From: an uncultured Methanoregula sp.
GTDB taxonomy: Archaea; Halobacteriota; Methanomicrobia; Methanomicrobiales; Methanospirillaceae
Assembly: GCA_964573085.1 (NCBI GenBank)
Contig: CAZNIL010000003.1
Location: forward strand, 1,699 to 65,698
Reading direction: 5' to 3'
DNA length: 64,000 nt
Position 1 is the first letter of the stretch, and each line of letters starts with the position of its first letter. Of this stretch, positions 28,754 through 39,306 are shown in pieces. A program made the position numbers and the translations under genes. The notes beneath the pieces were generated by a model that worked only from the letters and a program-made list of their open reading frames with translations, did not search any database and was not told the DNA's origin.

Positions 28754-30350
28754 GGTCAAGCTCAAACGCCGCAACGCTGTGCTCCAGCTCAAAGGCATTC
28801 AGCACCGCAGGATGAATTTCGCCAAACACTCCCGCTTTTTTCCCGCCGACAACAATATCCGCTCTCCTGCCATCGATGAACGCCTTGTCGGCCGACTCCT
28901 TCACAGTATAGGCAATTGACAGTTCGTGCTGCACGGCATCTGCGCAGGCATATGCTTCTGAAAAATCCGCAGATGGGTGGATGCTCACGATTGCGAGGCG
29001 CTGCGATGTTTTCATATCCTCAATAACATCACCGGTCGCAAAGAGGCGCTGCGGGAGTTCCCGGTGCTTGTTCACCTGAAGCATCTCCATGAGTAGCGGG
29101 AGGATATCCGTACGCACAACCGTCTGCTCCTCGCTGATGGGGTGCATGACGGAGAGCACCCGTGACGAGCGCTCCCGCTGCATCGCATCGAATAGCACCC
29201 GCTCACTGGTCAGCGTGAACGGCATCATCTCAAGGTAGCCAAGCCCGGAAAGGATGGTGCGGACCTGTGCGGCGGTGGTGTACACCGGGTGGGCCCTGCC
29301 GATGGCAAAGGTCGGGGAGATCTCAACAGCAAACCTGTCATACCCGTACGTGATGGCCACATCCTCGAAGATGTCCCAGTCATGCATGATGTCGGCGCGG
29401 TAACAGGGCACCTGCACGGTCACCCTGTCCTTCCCTTCAGGCTGAGCACCGAACCGCATCTTCTCAAGGAGTGCCGCCATCTCTGCACTCGAGAGCTCGA
29501 TACCGATCAGGTCACAGCATTCACGGACACTCACAGTCCGCTCTTCAGGTGCGAGGGTTGGGGTCTGCTTTCCATTGATCTCAATGCTCTCAATGGTTGA
29601 CCCAGCCTCTGCCATAGCCGTGCAGATGATGTTCACTGCCACCTGCACGGCACGCTCGTCAGTGCCGGTCGTGTCCAGCAGGATATTTCTCGTACTGGTC
29701 GTCACCCGCGTGCGTTCACCATTGATGATCGGCGGGAACGAGCAGACATGGTCTTCTGCATCGACAATGAGCGGATATAGCGGGAAGTCTTTTACGATCT
29801 TTGCATAGTCCCTGCCTTTCGGGTGCTGTGCGAGGATCTCATCCATAGTAAGTTCCCTGTCAAAGTCAAGGGGGACAAACTTCCGGGTTTTTGGCGAGGC
29901 AATATAATGGAACGGTGGTTTAATGGTATCTAGGTCATGGATACCGATTGCAACCTTGCTCCTGCCTCTCCCCACCGCCCAGTGAAGAGCCTCCTGCAGC
30001 CCCATGACTGAGAGGATGGACTCGTCATCAAGCTTCACGTTCCGGATGACCGCCGAACCAAGGTAGGGGCGGATGCCTGCAAGCTCCCTGTCAATGGTAA
30101 ATGACATGCCGGAAGGTTTCACCGTGTATTCCGGCAGACCTGTTTCAATTCCCAGAAACCCGCGCAACGCCCGCGCTGCACCCTCGACAGAGAACATATC
30201 CGGGCGGTTTGGGAAAAACGCTACGTCTGCATGGTCTGCCTCAAGGCGCTCGACCTCAGATCCGATCATCGGCAGGCGGGCGATGATGGTATCCTTGTCA
30301 GTACCGGTGAGCCGTTCGAGATACTTGTATGGAAGCCCGATAACCGCCAT
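28710..30350 (-). CDS. pheT: Phenylalanine--tRNA ligase beta subunit (archaeal type)
   Basis: 546 aa. [16 protein letters not shown]...; adjacent to pheS. Its 3' end overlaps the hisF 3' end by 44 nt (convergent). Confidence 0.9.
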   Translation of the reverse strand: MAVIGLPYKYLERLTGTDKDTIIARLPMIGSEVERLEADHADVAFFPNRPDMFSVEGAARALRGFLGIETGLPEYTVKPSGMSFTIDRELAGIRPYLGSAVIRNVKLDDESILSVMGLQEALHWAVGRGRSKVAIGIHDLDTIKPPFHYIASPKTRKFVPLDFDRELTMDEILAQHPKGRDYAKIVKDFPLYPLIVDAEDHVCSFPPIINGERTRVTTSTRNILLDTTGTDERAVQVAVNIICTAMAEAGSTIESIEINGKQTPTLAPEERTVSVRECCDLIGIELSSAEMAALLEKMRFGAQPEGKDRVTVQVPCYRADIMHDWDIFEDVAITYGYDRFAVEISPTFAIGRAHPVYTTAAQVRTILSGLGYLEMMPFTLTSERVLFDAMQRERSSRVLSVMHPISEEQTVVRTDILPLLMEMLQVNKHRELPQRLFATGDVIEDMKTSQRLAIVSIHPSADFSEAYACADAVQHELSIAYTVKESADKAFIDGRRADIVVGGKKAGVFGEIHPAVLNAFELEHSVAAFELDLRAVPGYPGLQDSP

Positions 30351-30351
30351 A

Positions 30352-31812
30352 TTATATCCTCCCTCCCTTTGAAGGACTCAGGCCGCGGCAGACCGGGCTC
30401 TCCCGTATCCACTCGATATCACTCCTGTACAGGAGCCGGAGGTCCTTTAATCCCAGCTTGAGCATTGCTAAACGGCTCACGCCTAATCCCCAAGCAAGCA
30501 CCGGATAGGAGATGCCCCACGGCGCAGTGACTTCCTCCCGGAAGATGCCCGCACCGCCCATCTCCACCCAGCCCAGCCCGTCTACGTAAATCTCGGGCTC
30601 AACCGACGGCTCGGTATACGGGAAGTAGCCTGGCCGGAACCGGATATCTTCAAATCCCATCCTCATGTAGAACTCACGGAGGTAGCCAAGGAGGTCGCGG
30701 AACGAGACTCCCTTGTCCATAACTATACCTTCGAGTTGTTCGAACTCCGGTGTATGCGTGGGGTCGATCGCCTCGCGGCGGTACACTCGGCTGATGCAGA
30801 ATGCTTTTACCGGTGGGTTGGGGTTTGCGGCAAGGTGCTGGATGGACAGGGCCGTGGTATGCGTGCGCAGTACGCACTGCTTTGCCTTATTAATATTCCA
30901 CTTCCCGCCCCAGCCGGTCGATGATGTATCTCCTCCGCGTTCATGCATGTCCCGCACCCGTTCCCAGCCTGAAGGAAGCGAAGCCTCCTTATTCAAATAA
31001 AACGTGTCCTGCATCTCACGTGCAGGATGGTCCTGCGGCTGGAAAAGTGCGTCAAAGTTCCAGAACGAACTCTGGACAATGTCACCGTAGATCTCGGTAA
31101 AGCCCATCTCTAATAGAATCTGGCGCATCTCTTCGATGAGCCGCTGGTACGGGTGGGTCTTGCCCGGGTAGATACGCCTAGGGAGTTTTGTGATATCGTA
31201 CCGGCGAAGGTTTGCGTCCTTCCAAGAGCCGGAAATGATCTGGTCACGGACCAGTGTCCCGTACTCTTTGCGCAGGTCAAGACCCTTTGCAACAAGGGCG
31301 GCACCTTGGGGAGTAATTGTTATGGAGTGCCTGACGGACTCCGTTTCCTGTAATATTCCGCGTTTGAGTAAGTCTTTTACCCGTGGCCCGCTGGAGATGG
31401 GATCTTTTAATGCCAATTCATCATCAGCGGTGGAAGCACCGGCAACACGGAAGACAACCCCCTCCTTTACGTTCACCAGCCCTTTTTTGCGAAGCTGCCC
31501 AAACCCGATCTTAAATGCGGGATCTTCCCGAAGAGCTGAGAGATCTGCACTCTTTTCAATACGATTGAGAAGCCGGGTTTCGGGCAGGCCAGAATGGAGA
31601 TATTCTTTTCCTTCATCAGTATAGAGAAAATCCTTCGTTACTTTCCGTTCGACCTGCACAAGCCCCTTGTCAGCTGCAAGATGCGCCCACTGGATGAGAG
31701 CCTCCGGCGTTGTCTTAATCTCTGCAGCAAGGTTGTGTGCATCCCCGGTCTTTTCCTGTGCGAGTGCAGCAAGCAGCCTTTTTTCATTCTGCGTCAGTTC
31801 CACGATTGTCAC
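30352..31812 (-). CDS. pheS: Phenylalanine--tRNA ligase alpha subunit
   Basis: 486 aa with class II motifs ...[11 protein letters not shown]... and ...GAGIFREEV.... Confidence 0.9.
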   Translation of the reverse strand: MTIVELTQNEKRLLAALAQEKTGDAHNLAAEIKTTPEALIQWAHLAADKGLVQVERKVTKDFLYTDEGKEYLHSGLPETRLLNRIEKSADLSALREDPAFKIGFGQLRKKGLVNVKEGVVFRVAGASTADDELALKDPISSGPRVKDLLKRGILQETESVRHSITITPQGAALVAKGLDLRKEYGTLVRDQIISGSWKDANLRRYDITKLPRRIYPGKTHPYQRLIEEMRQILLEMGFTEIYGDIVQSSFWNFDALFQPQDHPAREMQDTFYLNKEASLPSGWERVRDMHERGGDTSSTGWGGKWNINKAKQCVLRTHTTALSIQHLAANPNPPVKAFCISRVYRREAIDPTHTPEFEQLEGIVMDKGVSFRDLLGYLREFYMRMGFEDIRFRPGYFPYTEPSVEPEIYVDGLGWVEMGGAGIFREEVTAPWGISYPVLAWGLGVSRLAMLKLGLKDLRLLYRSDIEWIRESPVCRGLSPSKGGRI

Positions 31813-33062
31813 GCCCCGATCTTGTCTGCTGCAGCATCCATCTTCTCACGGAAATCCTTTAAAAATACAACAACCCGTTCTGCGGTCTCCTTCTTGCACT
31901 GGCCGCAGGTGATCTCCCCCTGCATGCACTTTTGCCGTATCCGGGAAAGTTCAGAGTCATCGGTCACCATGTGGAAGAGGTTGAGGAGGTAGAGCGAGCA
32001 CTTGTCCGGCTCTCCCCCGAGCCGTTTCTGCTCTTCAAGCGTCATCCTCCCGCCCGTGATCCCGCTCATCACCTTCTTTTTTACGGTTACATCCGGTTCA
32101 AAGAACCCGATGATGCTCTCGGGAATACTGCTTGACATCTTTCCACCGGTAAGCCCCGGCATAAAGATATGATAGGTGGATGAAGGAGTGAAAAAGCCAA
32201 ATCCCCCGTGGGCGAGCTCGATCTCACGGACCTTCCGGCTCACGTCAGCACACGCCATTCCTCCGATATCCACATGCCCCTCGTATTTTTTCGAACCGGC
32301 AAAGGCTTTGTGCACTGCAGCAAGCGCTGCATCGGGTGCGTTCTTGGACCTCACGCTCACGTAACTCTCCCGTTCCTCTACGGTAAACATACGCATCTTG
32401 TGGGCAACCCCCCGGGTCAGGCGGATGTGGGGGTCCTGATCGATCCCCACGGGCACGAGCGTCGGTGCCGGAGCACGGTCGATCTGAGGGTAGAGAATAT
32501 CAGCGACCTGCGTGATAACGCTCTCCGCATGGGCTAGATCGGTCTCCGGTGAAAACCCGTAAATAGCGGTCAGTTCCGAGAAATTCACCTTTGTCGCCGC
32601 CTCGAATGCAAGGTCTTTTAACCGCTCGTTCCTGCTCTGGAAGTACGTCGTCCCCTCAAATCCCAGCGCGTATAGGCACGTTAAGTACTCCTTCCCGAAC
32701 TCCCGGCACTTCTCCCACGAGGTTCCACGAACCGCATATGCCTCGCGGTCGGCGATTGTCACGTACCCGTTCCCCCCCTGTTGTACATGCCAGACGACTT
32801 CTTTCATGACCATCAGGTGACCGAGATGGGGGTGTCCGCTCGGCATAAAACCGGTCAGGATATGGAACGGCGTTTTGTTCTTTATGGCAGATGCAATCTG
32901 CCGGTAATCCCGATGACCGACAACGATACCCCGGCGCATGAAGTACGGGATTTCCGGGAGGTCGGCGAGTGCCGGGGTGATAGATTCGATGCCGAACTCT
33001 GAAAAGAGTTTTTCGACATCGAGAGACTGGTTGTTTGACCATGGATTGATATCGTGTGCCAT
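31809..33062 (-). CDS. trpS: Tryptophan--tRNA ligase (archaeal type)
   Basis: Class I signatures GHPHLGHLMV (HIGH) and KMSSS. 417 aa. It overlaps pheS by 4 nt. Confidence 0.85.
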   Translation of the reverse strand: MAHDINPWSNNQSLDVEKLFSEFGIESITPALADLPEIPYFMRRGIVVGHRDYRQIASAIKNKTPFHILTGFMPSGHPHLGHLMVMKEVVWHVQQGGNGYVTIADREAYAVRGTSWEKCREFGKEYLTCLYALGFEGTTYFQSRNERLKDLAFEAATKVNFSELTAIYGFSPETDLAHAESVITQVADILYPQIDRAPAPTLVPVGIDQDPHIRLTRGVAHKMRMFTVEERESYVSVRSKNAPDAALAAVHKAFAGSKKYEGHVDIGGMACADVSRKVREIELAHGGFGFFTPSSTYHIFMPGLTGGKMSSSIPESIIGFFEPDVTVKKKVMSGITGGRMTLEEQKRLGGEPDKCSLYLLNLFHMVTDDSELSRIRQKCMQGEITCGQCKKETAERVVVFLKDFREKMDAAADKIGA

Positions 33063-33071
33063 GATGAGCGC

Positions 33072-34079
33072 TCACAGTTTGATTCTGGCGAATTCGACGT
33101 ACTGAATACCATTTGTATATACACAGCCAAACAACATCTTCTTTTTGACGCTGTGGGCAAGGCGCACTGACCGTGAAATGGTGCTCATGGGCAGTCCGGC
33201 TCCTGTTTCCATTGCGTGGACGAGCATCTCGGAGTGCGCTTTCCCCCCGGAATAGACCCGGAAATGGTGCCCGAACTTATACCCTGTTTTTGGTACGTAA
33301 CCCTTCTTTCGCAGGTCAAAATAGACCGTTGCCTTGTGTGCAAATTCACGGTCGCTTTCGCATGCACGGGAAAAGATCTCTTCTGCGGCCACGTCATTTT
33401 CATATGCGGTCACACGGAGCACCCCTTCACCTGCCAGATACCATGTTTCGAGTTGCGAGAACAAGAGCCGCGAATCGTCAAGACGGCTGCCAAACCATGC
33501 CTGTTCGAACGCTGATCCACCGGGAATTTTTACCATCACCGATTTACCGGCAGGCACCCCGGAAACAGGCGGGTAGTGCAAGGGTGTGGACACTTCCGGA
33601 AGATTCTGGATCTTTATTTCATAATAGGTCAGTTCATCCTCGTCATCAACGACAGCGAGCACATACTGCTTTCGCATGTTGTGGGCAGTTGTCACTTCGT
33701 GGATGAGTTCGGTATATTGGATAGGGTCACGTTCGGAAACCACCCGTACAAGGTAGACCGACTCACCTTGTCCGGGCCGTTGCCCGCGTTTGAAGATGCG
33801 GAAATCATGGGGCCCGGTCTGAACAGCATACCCCCTCTCCCGGATGTCGCGGTATACAAGGTAGCTGCGCAGAATATTAGCCGTTTGTGCGAACACCGCA
33901 AGGAGCCGGTCGAAATCATACCCATCGATCTCGATCTTTCCCCGGTGGAGAAGATAGAGAGCTTCCTGCGGGGCGAGCCGGAGGCTATCTTTTTCCCTGC
34001 GCCCAAACCCGCCCTGTTCGTAGAGCGTCTGCCCGTCACGCCCGCAACGCACAGAGGTCCCGTCAAAAACCGCTTTCAC
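33072..34079 (-). CDS. endA: tRNA-splicing endonuclease, two-repeat (alpha-prime-2) form
   Basis: 335 aa with two EndA repeats: ...YLVYRDIRERGYAVQTGPHDFRIF... and ...VYFDLRKKGYVPKTGYKFGHHFRVY...HSEMLVH... Confidence 0.9.
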   Translation of the reverse strand: MKAVFDGTSVRCGRDGQTLYEQGGFGRREKDSLRLAPQEALYLLHRGKIEIDGYDFDRLLAVFAQTANILRSYLVYRDIRERGYAVQTGPHDFRIFKRGQRPGQGESVYLVRVVSERDPIQYTELIHEVTTAHNMRKQYVLAVVDDEDELTYYEIKIQNLPEVSTPLHYPPVSGVPAGKSVMVKIPGGSAFEQAWFGSRLDDSRLLFSQLETWYLAGEGVLRVTAYENDVAAEEIFSRACESDREFAHKATVYFDLRKKGYVPKTGYKFGHHFRVYSGGKAHSEMLVHAMETGAGLPMSTISRSVRLAHSVKKKMLFGCVYTNGIQYVEFARIKL

Positions 34080-34793
34080 TACTCAGGGTATTTGGTACTT
34101 CTTGGTATTAAGAAAACGGGGAGGGTATATTCGGCTGACCGGATCTCTGATGTCCTCCTGACATGCGGATCATGCTGTGTTCCCGTGGTCCAAAGAGATG
34201 TTCAGCAGAGGTTCGGGGTCGGTCGGGTCAGGTGCGATCACCCGCAAGATCCGGTAGCGCGCGGCGCAGCGACGTTTGACTAGGGATAGGGGGTATCGCG
34301 CTACATCACCCGCGACTATGCCCTATGGTAACGGGACCCGGGTTTCCGGCAACACCAGTACCGGGTCATCGTGCGGACCGGAACAGATTACCCAACAGCC
34401 GGGCAGGTATCAAGGTTACTGATCAGCGCCGCGTATGATGACCAGACCCACCTTTGCGTCCCCTTCTTTGAGATCCGGGATGGTACAAACCCGAATATTT
34501 CCCCTATAATCGAACTGGTGACTGACCTACAGAGCTCGACCTAGGTGGTGGATGGCGTGCATGACTGCCACAACCTGAGATTTGTACCGATGAATACGGG
34601 CACCCCGACATTTCTTATGGCAAACCCACCGGCACAGAAAGCGGAGGTGCGGTTCGAACTGACATTTTGGATCGATGCGCAGGCGAAGATATTCCTCTCA
34701 GCACGGGATGCAAGGACCAAGGAGCAGGTTAAGGAAACCTTGTCGTGGCAACCCTGATATGAGGATAATAACGAGCAACAACCGAGGTTGATT

Positions 34794-34981
34794 ATGGAAT
34801 TACAGGAACTGGAGATTACCATATGGCGCGATGGGACCGTTCAAGTGAATGTGAAAGGGATTAAGGGAACGGATGTCTTAAAGTGACCGCGGAGCTCGAG
34901 AATGCCGTTGGCACCGTTGCCCACCGGGCATTTTCAAGTGACTACAAGGAACCGCCTGTGTCTGCTGAAATATGGTCCTAG
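34794..34981 (+). pseudogene. DUF2997-like mini-gene with an apparent 1-nt frameshift
   Basis: GAGGT lies 5 nt upstream of ATG 34794. MELQELEITIWRDGTVQVNVKGIKGTDVLK ends at TGA 34884-86. The +2 frame from 34883 continues VTAELENAVGTVAHRAFSSDYKEPPVSAEIWS and ends at TAG 34979-81. Adding one T in GAT-GTC restores ...GTDCLKVTAELENAVG.... Confidence 0.5.
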
Positions 34982-35105
34982 AACAGTACAATCAGAAACC
35001 AGTAAGAAAAGATTTTTCAGGTACCTATTCGCATGATGAGTCGGGAGACTGGAGGACTACCCGTCAAGAAATAAATTCCTCCCTGCGCACCATACACATC
35101 AGTAG

Positions 35106-38042
35106 TTATGGTTTATCGATGGTGATGCGAAACGCACCCGGGGGGACAATGATTTCAAAGCGTGCACCTTTACCGGGGAACCCTGTCTCCATAATTGACA
35201 TCCCCGTGATCGCAAGAATCTCACGGGCCAAAAAAAGCCCGAGCCCTGTATGCTTGCCAAATCCTTTATTGAAGATCTGGCTTTTGTCTTTTGAAGAGAT
35301 CCCCACGCCATCATCCTCCACAACCCAGGCCATCTCCTCCCCCTGCAGACGATAGGAGGCACGGATCCCTGTGATACGTTCCCCATACCGTAGCGCGTTA
35401 TCAAGAATGTTATACACTACCCTTTCAAGGAGCGGATCGGCAAAAATAACAAGTCCTGAAATATCGGTGTGTATTTCAACATTCCCAAGGTCAAGCTGGG
35501 AAATTGCCCGGGCAAACAACACTTCGAGTTCCTGCCATTCCGGTGCTCTTACGCCAAGGTCCTGGTAATCCCGGGTAAACTGGATCTGGTCCTGGATCAC
35601 CTGTATCGTGTCATCAATCTTTTTAATAAAATCCTCAAGTTTAGCCCGGTCATGCACCATCTTTGCGAGCTCGAGATATCCCAGAACAATGGTCAGTTTG
35701 TTGAGGATGTCGTGCCGGGTGACACTGGAAAGCAGGTTCAGTTTCTGGTTTGCCAGCATGAGTGCTTTTTCCGAGCGCTTGCGGTCGCTGATGTCACGGA
35801 TGAACGAACAGACAAAGATCGTCCCTGCATATTCGAAATAGTCACTGGTTACCTCTACAAGGAACCGTTCACCGCCTTTTCTTGCGTAGGCGGTCTCAAA
35901 CGGAAGAGAATCGGATGCTACTTTTGAGCTGAGATATTCATTCCACCGGGGCTTTGAGACTGAATTGTCGATATCAAAGATGGTGATCTCTGCAATCTCT
36001 TCTGAAGTATAACCGAGCATCGAACAGGTGGCGGCATTGGCATACACAACCCTGCCATTTCCATCAAACCACAGAATCCCCTCAGCCGCATGTTCAACCG
36101 CAAACTGGGTAATCCGCGCCCGGTTCTCACTTTTGCGCAGGTCCTTTTCTGCCAGACGCCTTCGTGCTTTTTCAAGCACAATGACCGTAAAGTCCGCAAG
36201 CGATGCAGCAAAATCCTGTTCCTCGACCTCCCATGACCGAGGCGGCCCCATGTGTTCAAGGCAGATAACGCCGACAACATGGCGTCCCGACCTGATCGGA
36301 ACGTCAAGCATTGAGGTAATCCCCAAGGGTTCGAGATAATTTTTCGAGAATTCACGGGTGTTTTCGTCGGTCGGTGCATGGTTGGCTACAATGGTACGGT
36401 TGTCCTGCAATGCAGAAAAATACCGGGGAAAATCTGTACCCTGTATCGTCTGGCCGGAACTATGGTGGTTCCGGCTGGCAATATACAAATCATTGCACAC
36501 TAGCTGGTGGCCATCAGGAGAGAAAAACCATACACTTGCCCGGTCTGCATTCAGGACATCTGCTCCCGTCCGGGTGATATTATTCATCGCGTCCCGAAGT
36601 GTAGGTGCATCCGTGGTTGCAAGGTTCACAAGAGCCTTCTGGTACTCGATCGACCGTTCTGCCCTGTTCTTCTGCAGTTCTTCTGCCTGCTTTGCTTCAG
36701 TGGCATATCGGTAATTGTCCTGAAGGACGGCATTTGATGAGCTGAGCTGCTCATATGCTGCCCGGAGCTCCTCGCTCTTTTTGAGGTTCTCCTGCTCCGC
36801 AAGCTTTCGGGCAGTGATATCCTCGTAGGTGCCCAAGACCCCACGGATAACCCCCTGTGTGTCTTTTAGGGGAATCTTGCTGGTGAGCAGCCAGACCAGC
36901 TTTCCTTCCCGGTTGGTCTGTGGTTCTTCATAGTTGAGCTTGGGGATGCCACGGTCGATCACGACACGGTCATCAGCCCGGTATTGTTCTGCCTGCTCCT
37001 TCCACACCATTTCATAGTCAGATTTTCCCACAAGGTCTTCTGGAGACGAGTACCCCGAATCCAAAGCAAACTGGCGGTTGCATCCCAGGTAGTTCAGGCG
37101 AGTGTCCTTCCAGAACACACGTACTAGGATAGTATCCAGTACCGATTGCAGCATCTGCTGTGAATCGGCAAGAGCCTGCCGGCTGGTTGTCAGGTCATCA
37201 ATGTTTGCCCGGAGCTTCTCTTCAATTGCCGTCAGTTTTTCGTATGCGGCAGAGATCTCCTTTGTTTTCTTTTTGAATTCCGTGGTCACACGACTGCGAT
37301 TGGTCATGTCGATCAGCGATGCAATGCTCTTTTTTGTGCCGGGGATCATATCGATATTTAAGAGGATGTTGCGTACATCCCCAAGTTTTGTAATGAGCCG
37401 GAACTCGTATTGCCTGAAAGATTCCTCGCTCCTCTCCCGACGGAGCCTGTGCTGGGCGAGCATTCGTTCGACATCTTCTTTGACTACAAATTCTGTCCAT
37501 GGTTTCTTACTATCGATATCTTCCTGGCTATAACCAGTAAGCCGCAAGAACTCGGAATTTGCGAGGCTGATGGTAGTATCCTCTTCGACAATGATCATGG
37601 CGGTGCCGGTGTTTTCAAACACTGCCCGGTACCGGCTCTCGCTCTCTTTGAGTGAATTGTCGACTTTGCGCCGTTGCACCGCCTGCTTTATCTTATGCTC
37701 CAGTTCGATAAACTGCGATTTGGGATCTCCCCCTTTTTGCAGGTAGAAGTCCACGCCGTTGTTGATCGCCTCGATGACCACCTCCTCCCTGCCTTTACCG
37801 GTGAAGAGAATGAATGGCAGTTCGGCATTTCGGGACCGTATCTCCTTTAATAGCACAATCCCATCCATCTCCGGCATCTGGTAATCGGAAACGATGGCGT
37901 CAAAGGATTTTGTTTTGATCATTTCAAGGGCACTGACTGCGGACGTGGTTACATCGACAATAAGATCCCCGGACAGTTGGAGAAACAATCGGGAGATGTC
38001 AAGGAGCGCCGGTTCATCGTCAATATATAGCACCGAGATCAT
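35106..38042 (-). CDS. Hybrid sensor histidine kinase (N-terminal receiver, multiple PAS, GAF, kinase core)
   Basis: 978 aa. REC domain: MISVLYIDDEPALL...DAIVSDYQMPEMDG. Repeated PAS-like segments and a GAF-like segment follow. H-box SSVTRHDILNKL. HATPase motifs NILDNALRYG, DDGVGI, GLGLFLAREI. Confidence 0.9.
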   Translation of the reverse strand: MISVLYIDDEPALLDISRLFLQLSGDLIVDVTTSAVSALEMIKTKSFDAIVSDYQMPEMDGIVLLKEIRSRNAELPFILFTGKGREEVVIEAINNGVDFYLQKGGDPKSQFIELEHKIKQAVQRRKVDNSLKESESRYRAVFENTGTAMIIVEEDTTISLANSEFLRLTGYSQEDIDSKKPWTEFVVKEDVERMLAQHRLRRERSEESFRQYEFRLITKLGDVRNILLNIDMIPGTKKSIASLIDMTNRSRVTTEFKKKTKEISAAYEKLTAIEEKLRANIDDLTTSRQALADSQQMLQSVLDTILVRVFWKDTRLNYLGCNRQFALDSGYSSPEDLVGKSDYEMVWKEQAEQYRADDRVVIDRGIPKLNYEEPQTNREGKLVWLLTSKIPLKDTQGVIRGVLGTYEDITARKLAEQENLKKSEELRAAYEQLSSSNAVLQDNYRYATEAKQAEELQKNRAERSIEYQKALVNLATTDAPTLRDAMNNITRTGADVLNADRASVWFFSPDGHQLVCNDLYIASRNHHSSGQTIQGTDFPRYFSALQDNRTIVANHAPTDENTREFSKNYLEPLGITSMLDVPIRSGRHVVGVICLEHMGPPRSWEVEEQDFAASLADFTVIVLEKARRRLAEKDLRKSENRARITQFAVEHAAEGILWFDGNGRVVYANAATCSMLGYTSEEIAEITIFDIDNSVSKPRWNEYLSSKVASDSLPFETAYARKGGERFLVEVTSDYFEYAGTIFVCSFIRDISDRKRSEKALMLANQKLNLLSSVTRHDILNKLTIVLGYLELAKMVHDRAKLEDFIKKIDDTIQVIQDQIQFTRDYQDLGVRAPEWQELEVLFARAISQLDLGNVEIHTDISGLVIFADPLLERVVYNILDNALRYGERITGIRASYRLQGEEMAWVVEDDGVGISSKDKSQIFNKGFGKHTGLGLFLAREILAITGMSIMETGFPGKGARFEIIVPPGAFRITIDKP

Positions 38043-38263
38043 GCAGGGGGTCCGTCCACCACGTACGAGCGACGTGCCGGTGAGGATGTATGTGAATTAT
38101 TATCGGATAAAGAGCCAATAAATGTACGCTTTTTTTCATGAAGGTCATGAAATGTAAGAGAACCCCGTCTGGCATATCACATCCGATTCTCATGATCAGG
38201 GAGGACTGACAACATGGTTATCGGTGACAATGCGCAGAAATGACCGATAAGAGTCCGGGGGTT

Positions 38264-39103
38264 CTATTGTAATAGTTCCCGCACCTTTTTGATATTTCCT
38301 TGATCGTCCCGGCGTTCATCAACCGGGGTTTCGCAGATAAGGGGCAAGGCCAAAAACACCTTGTGGTGGAGGATACGGCGGAAGCCCTCCTCGCCGATGA
38401 ATCCCATGCCAATGTGCTCATGACGGTCGAGCCCGCTGCCCAGATCCCCTTTGGTATCGTTGAGGTGGATGATTTTCAAGTGATTTAACCCGATCACATC
38501 ATCGAACTGCGACAGTGTATCCTGGAGCCCGTCATCGGTACGAAGTTCGTAGCCCGCGGCGAATGCATGGCATGTATCAAAGCATATGCCGATGCGCTTT
38601 TTTTCCGTAATACCATCCATGATCGACCGGATGTGCTCAAAACTGCTCCCTACGCTGTTCTTCTCACCCGCTGTATTTTCCAGAAGGAGTACCACCGGGC
38701 TGTCCACACGCCCGAGTGCTTCGTTGATCGCTGCAATCACCCGCATCCTTCCACCCGCGATCCCGTCTCCAAGGTGGTGACCGAGGTGGGTGACAAGATA
38801 CGGGATGCCTAGAGAGTCACAACGCCCCAGTTCTACCGTTAAGGCTGATACTGACTTTTCATATACGTCCTCCTTTGGAGATGCAAGGTTGGGGAGGTAT
38901 GGCATGTGGTCAACCGGGATCAGCCCGGATGACCGGATCTTTTCTGCAAATGCGGTACAGTCCGTGTCCAAGAGGGGTTTGTATCCCCAGCCCCGGGGGT
39001 TACGCGAGAACATCTGGAAGACGTCGCACCCCGCCATTTCTGCGCGGTCAACAGCCTGATCTAACGTGCCGGCGATGGAAACATGGACCCCGACTTTTAC
39101 CAT
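38264..39103 (-). CDS. nfo: Endonuclease IV (AP endonuclease, TIM barrel)
   Basis: MVKVGVHVSIAGTL...FQMFSRNPRGW...LLENTAG...CFDTCHAFAAGY...HLND... Confidence 0.9.
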   Translation of the reverse strand: MVKVGVHVSIAGTLDQAVDRAEMAGCDVFQMFSRNPRGWGYKPLLDTDCTAFAEKIRSSGLIPVDHMPYLPNLASPKEDVYEKSVSALTVELGRCDSLGIPYLVTHLGHHLGDGIAGGRMRVIAAINEALGRVDSPVVLLLENTAGEKNSVGSSFEHIRSIMDGITEKKRIGICFDTCHAFAAGYELRTDDGLQDTLSQFDDVIGLNHLKIIHLNDTKGDLGSGLDRHEHIGMGFIGEEGFRRILHHKVFLALPLICETPVDERRDDQGNIKKVRELLQ

Positions 39104-39306
39104 GGCTGCTCCCTCTTAATGTGAATTATCATCAGATCAAGATACGCTCTTGTGGGATATTAGGAGGTTGCGATATTGCTTATTGGGAGGACTTTGATGA
39201 GCTCCCCAAACCATAGGGCTGCCATATCATCACTGGTTCAATATCCATGAAAAAACCGGAAGGACCCTTGACGAGTTCACCTGGAAAAAAGAGGGATATG
39301 AAAAAT

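Noticed and set aside
34135-34480. SRP (7S) RNA or RNase P RNA in the GC-rich gap upstream of endA.
   Set aside because: Neither strand contains the near-universal SRP helix-8 motif (CCGGAAGG.AGCA) or the RNase P CR-I motif (GGAAAGUCC). Only loose resemblances were seen (GGAACAGA, GCCGGAAACCCGGG, CUGAUCAG). G-U wobble evidence for strand choice was contradictory. Part of the region (34332 onward) reads as a protein-like frame.
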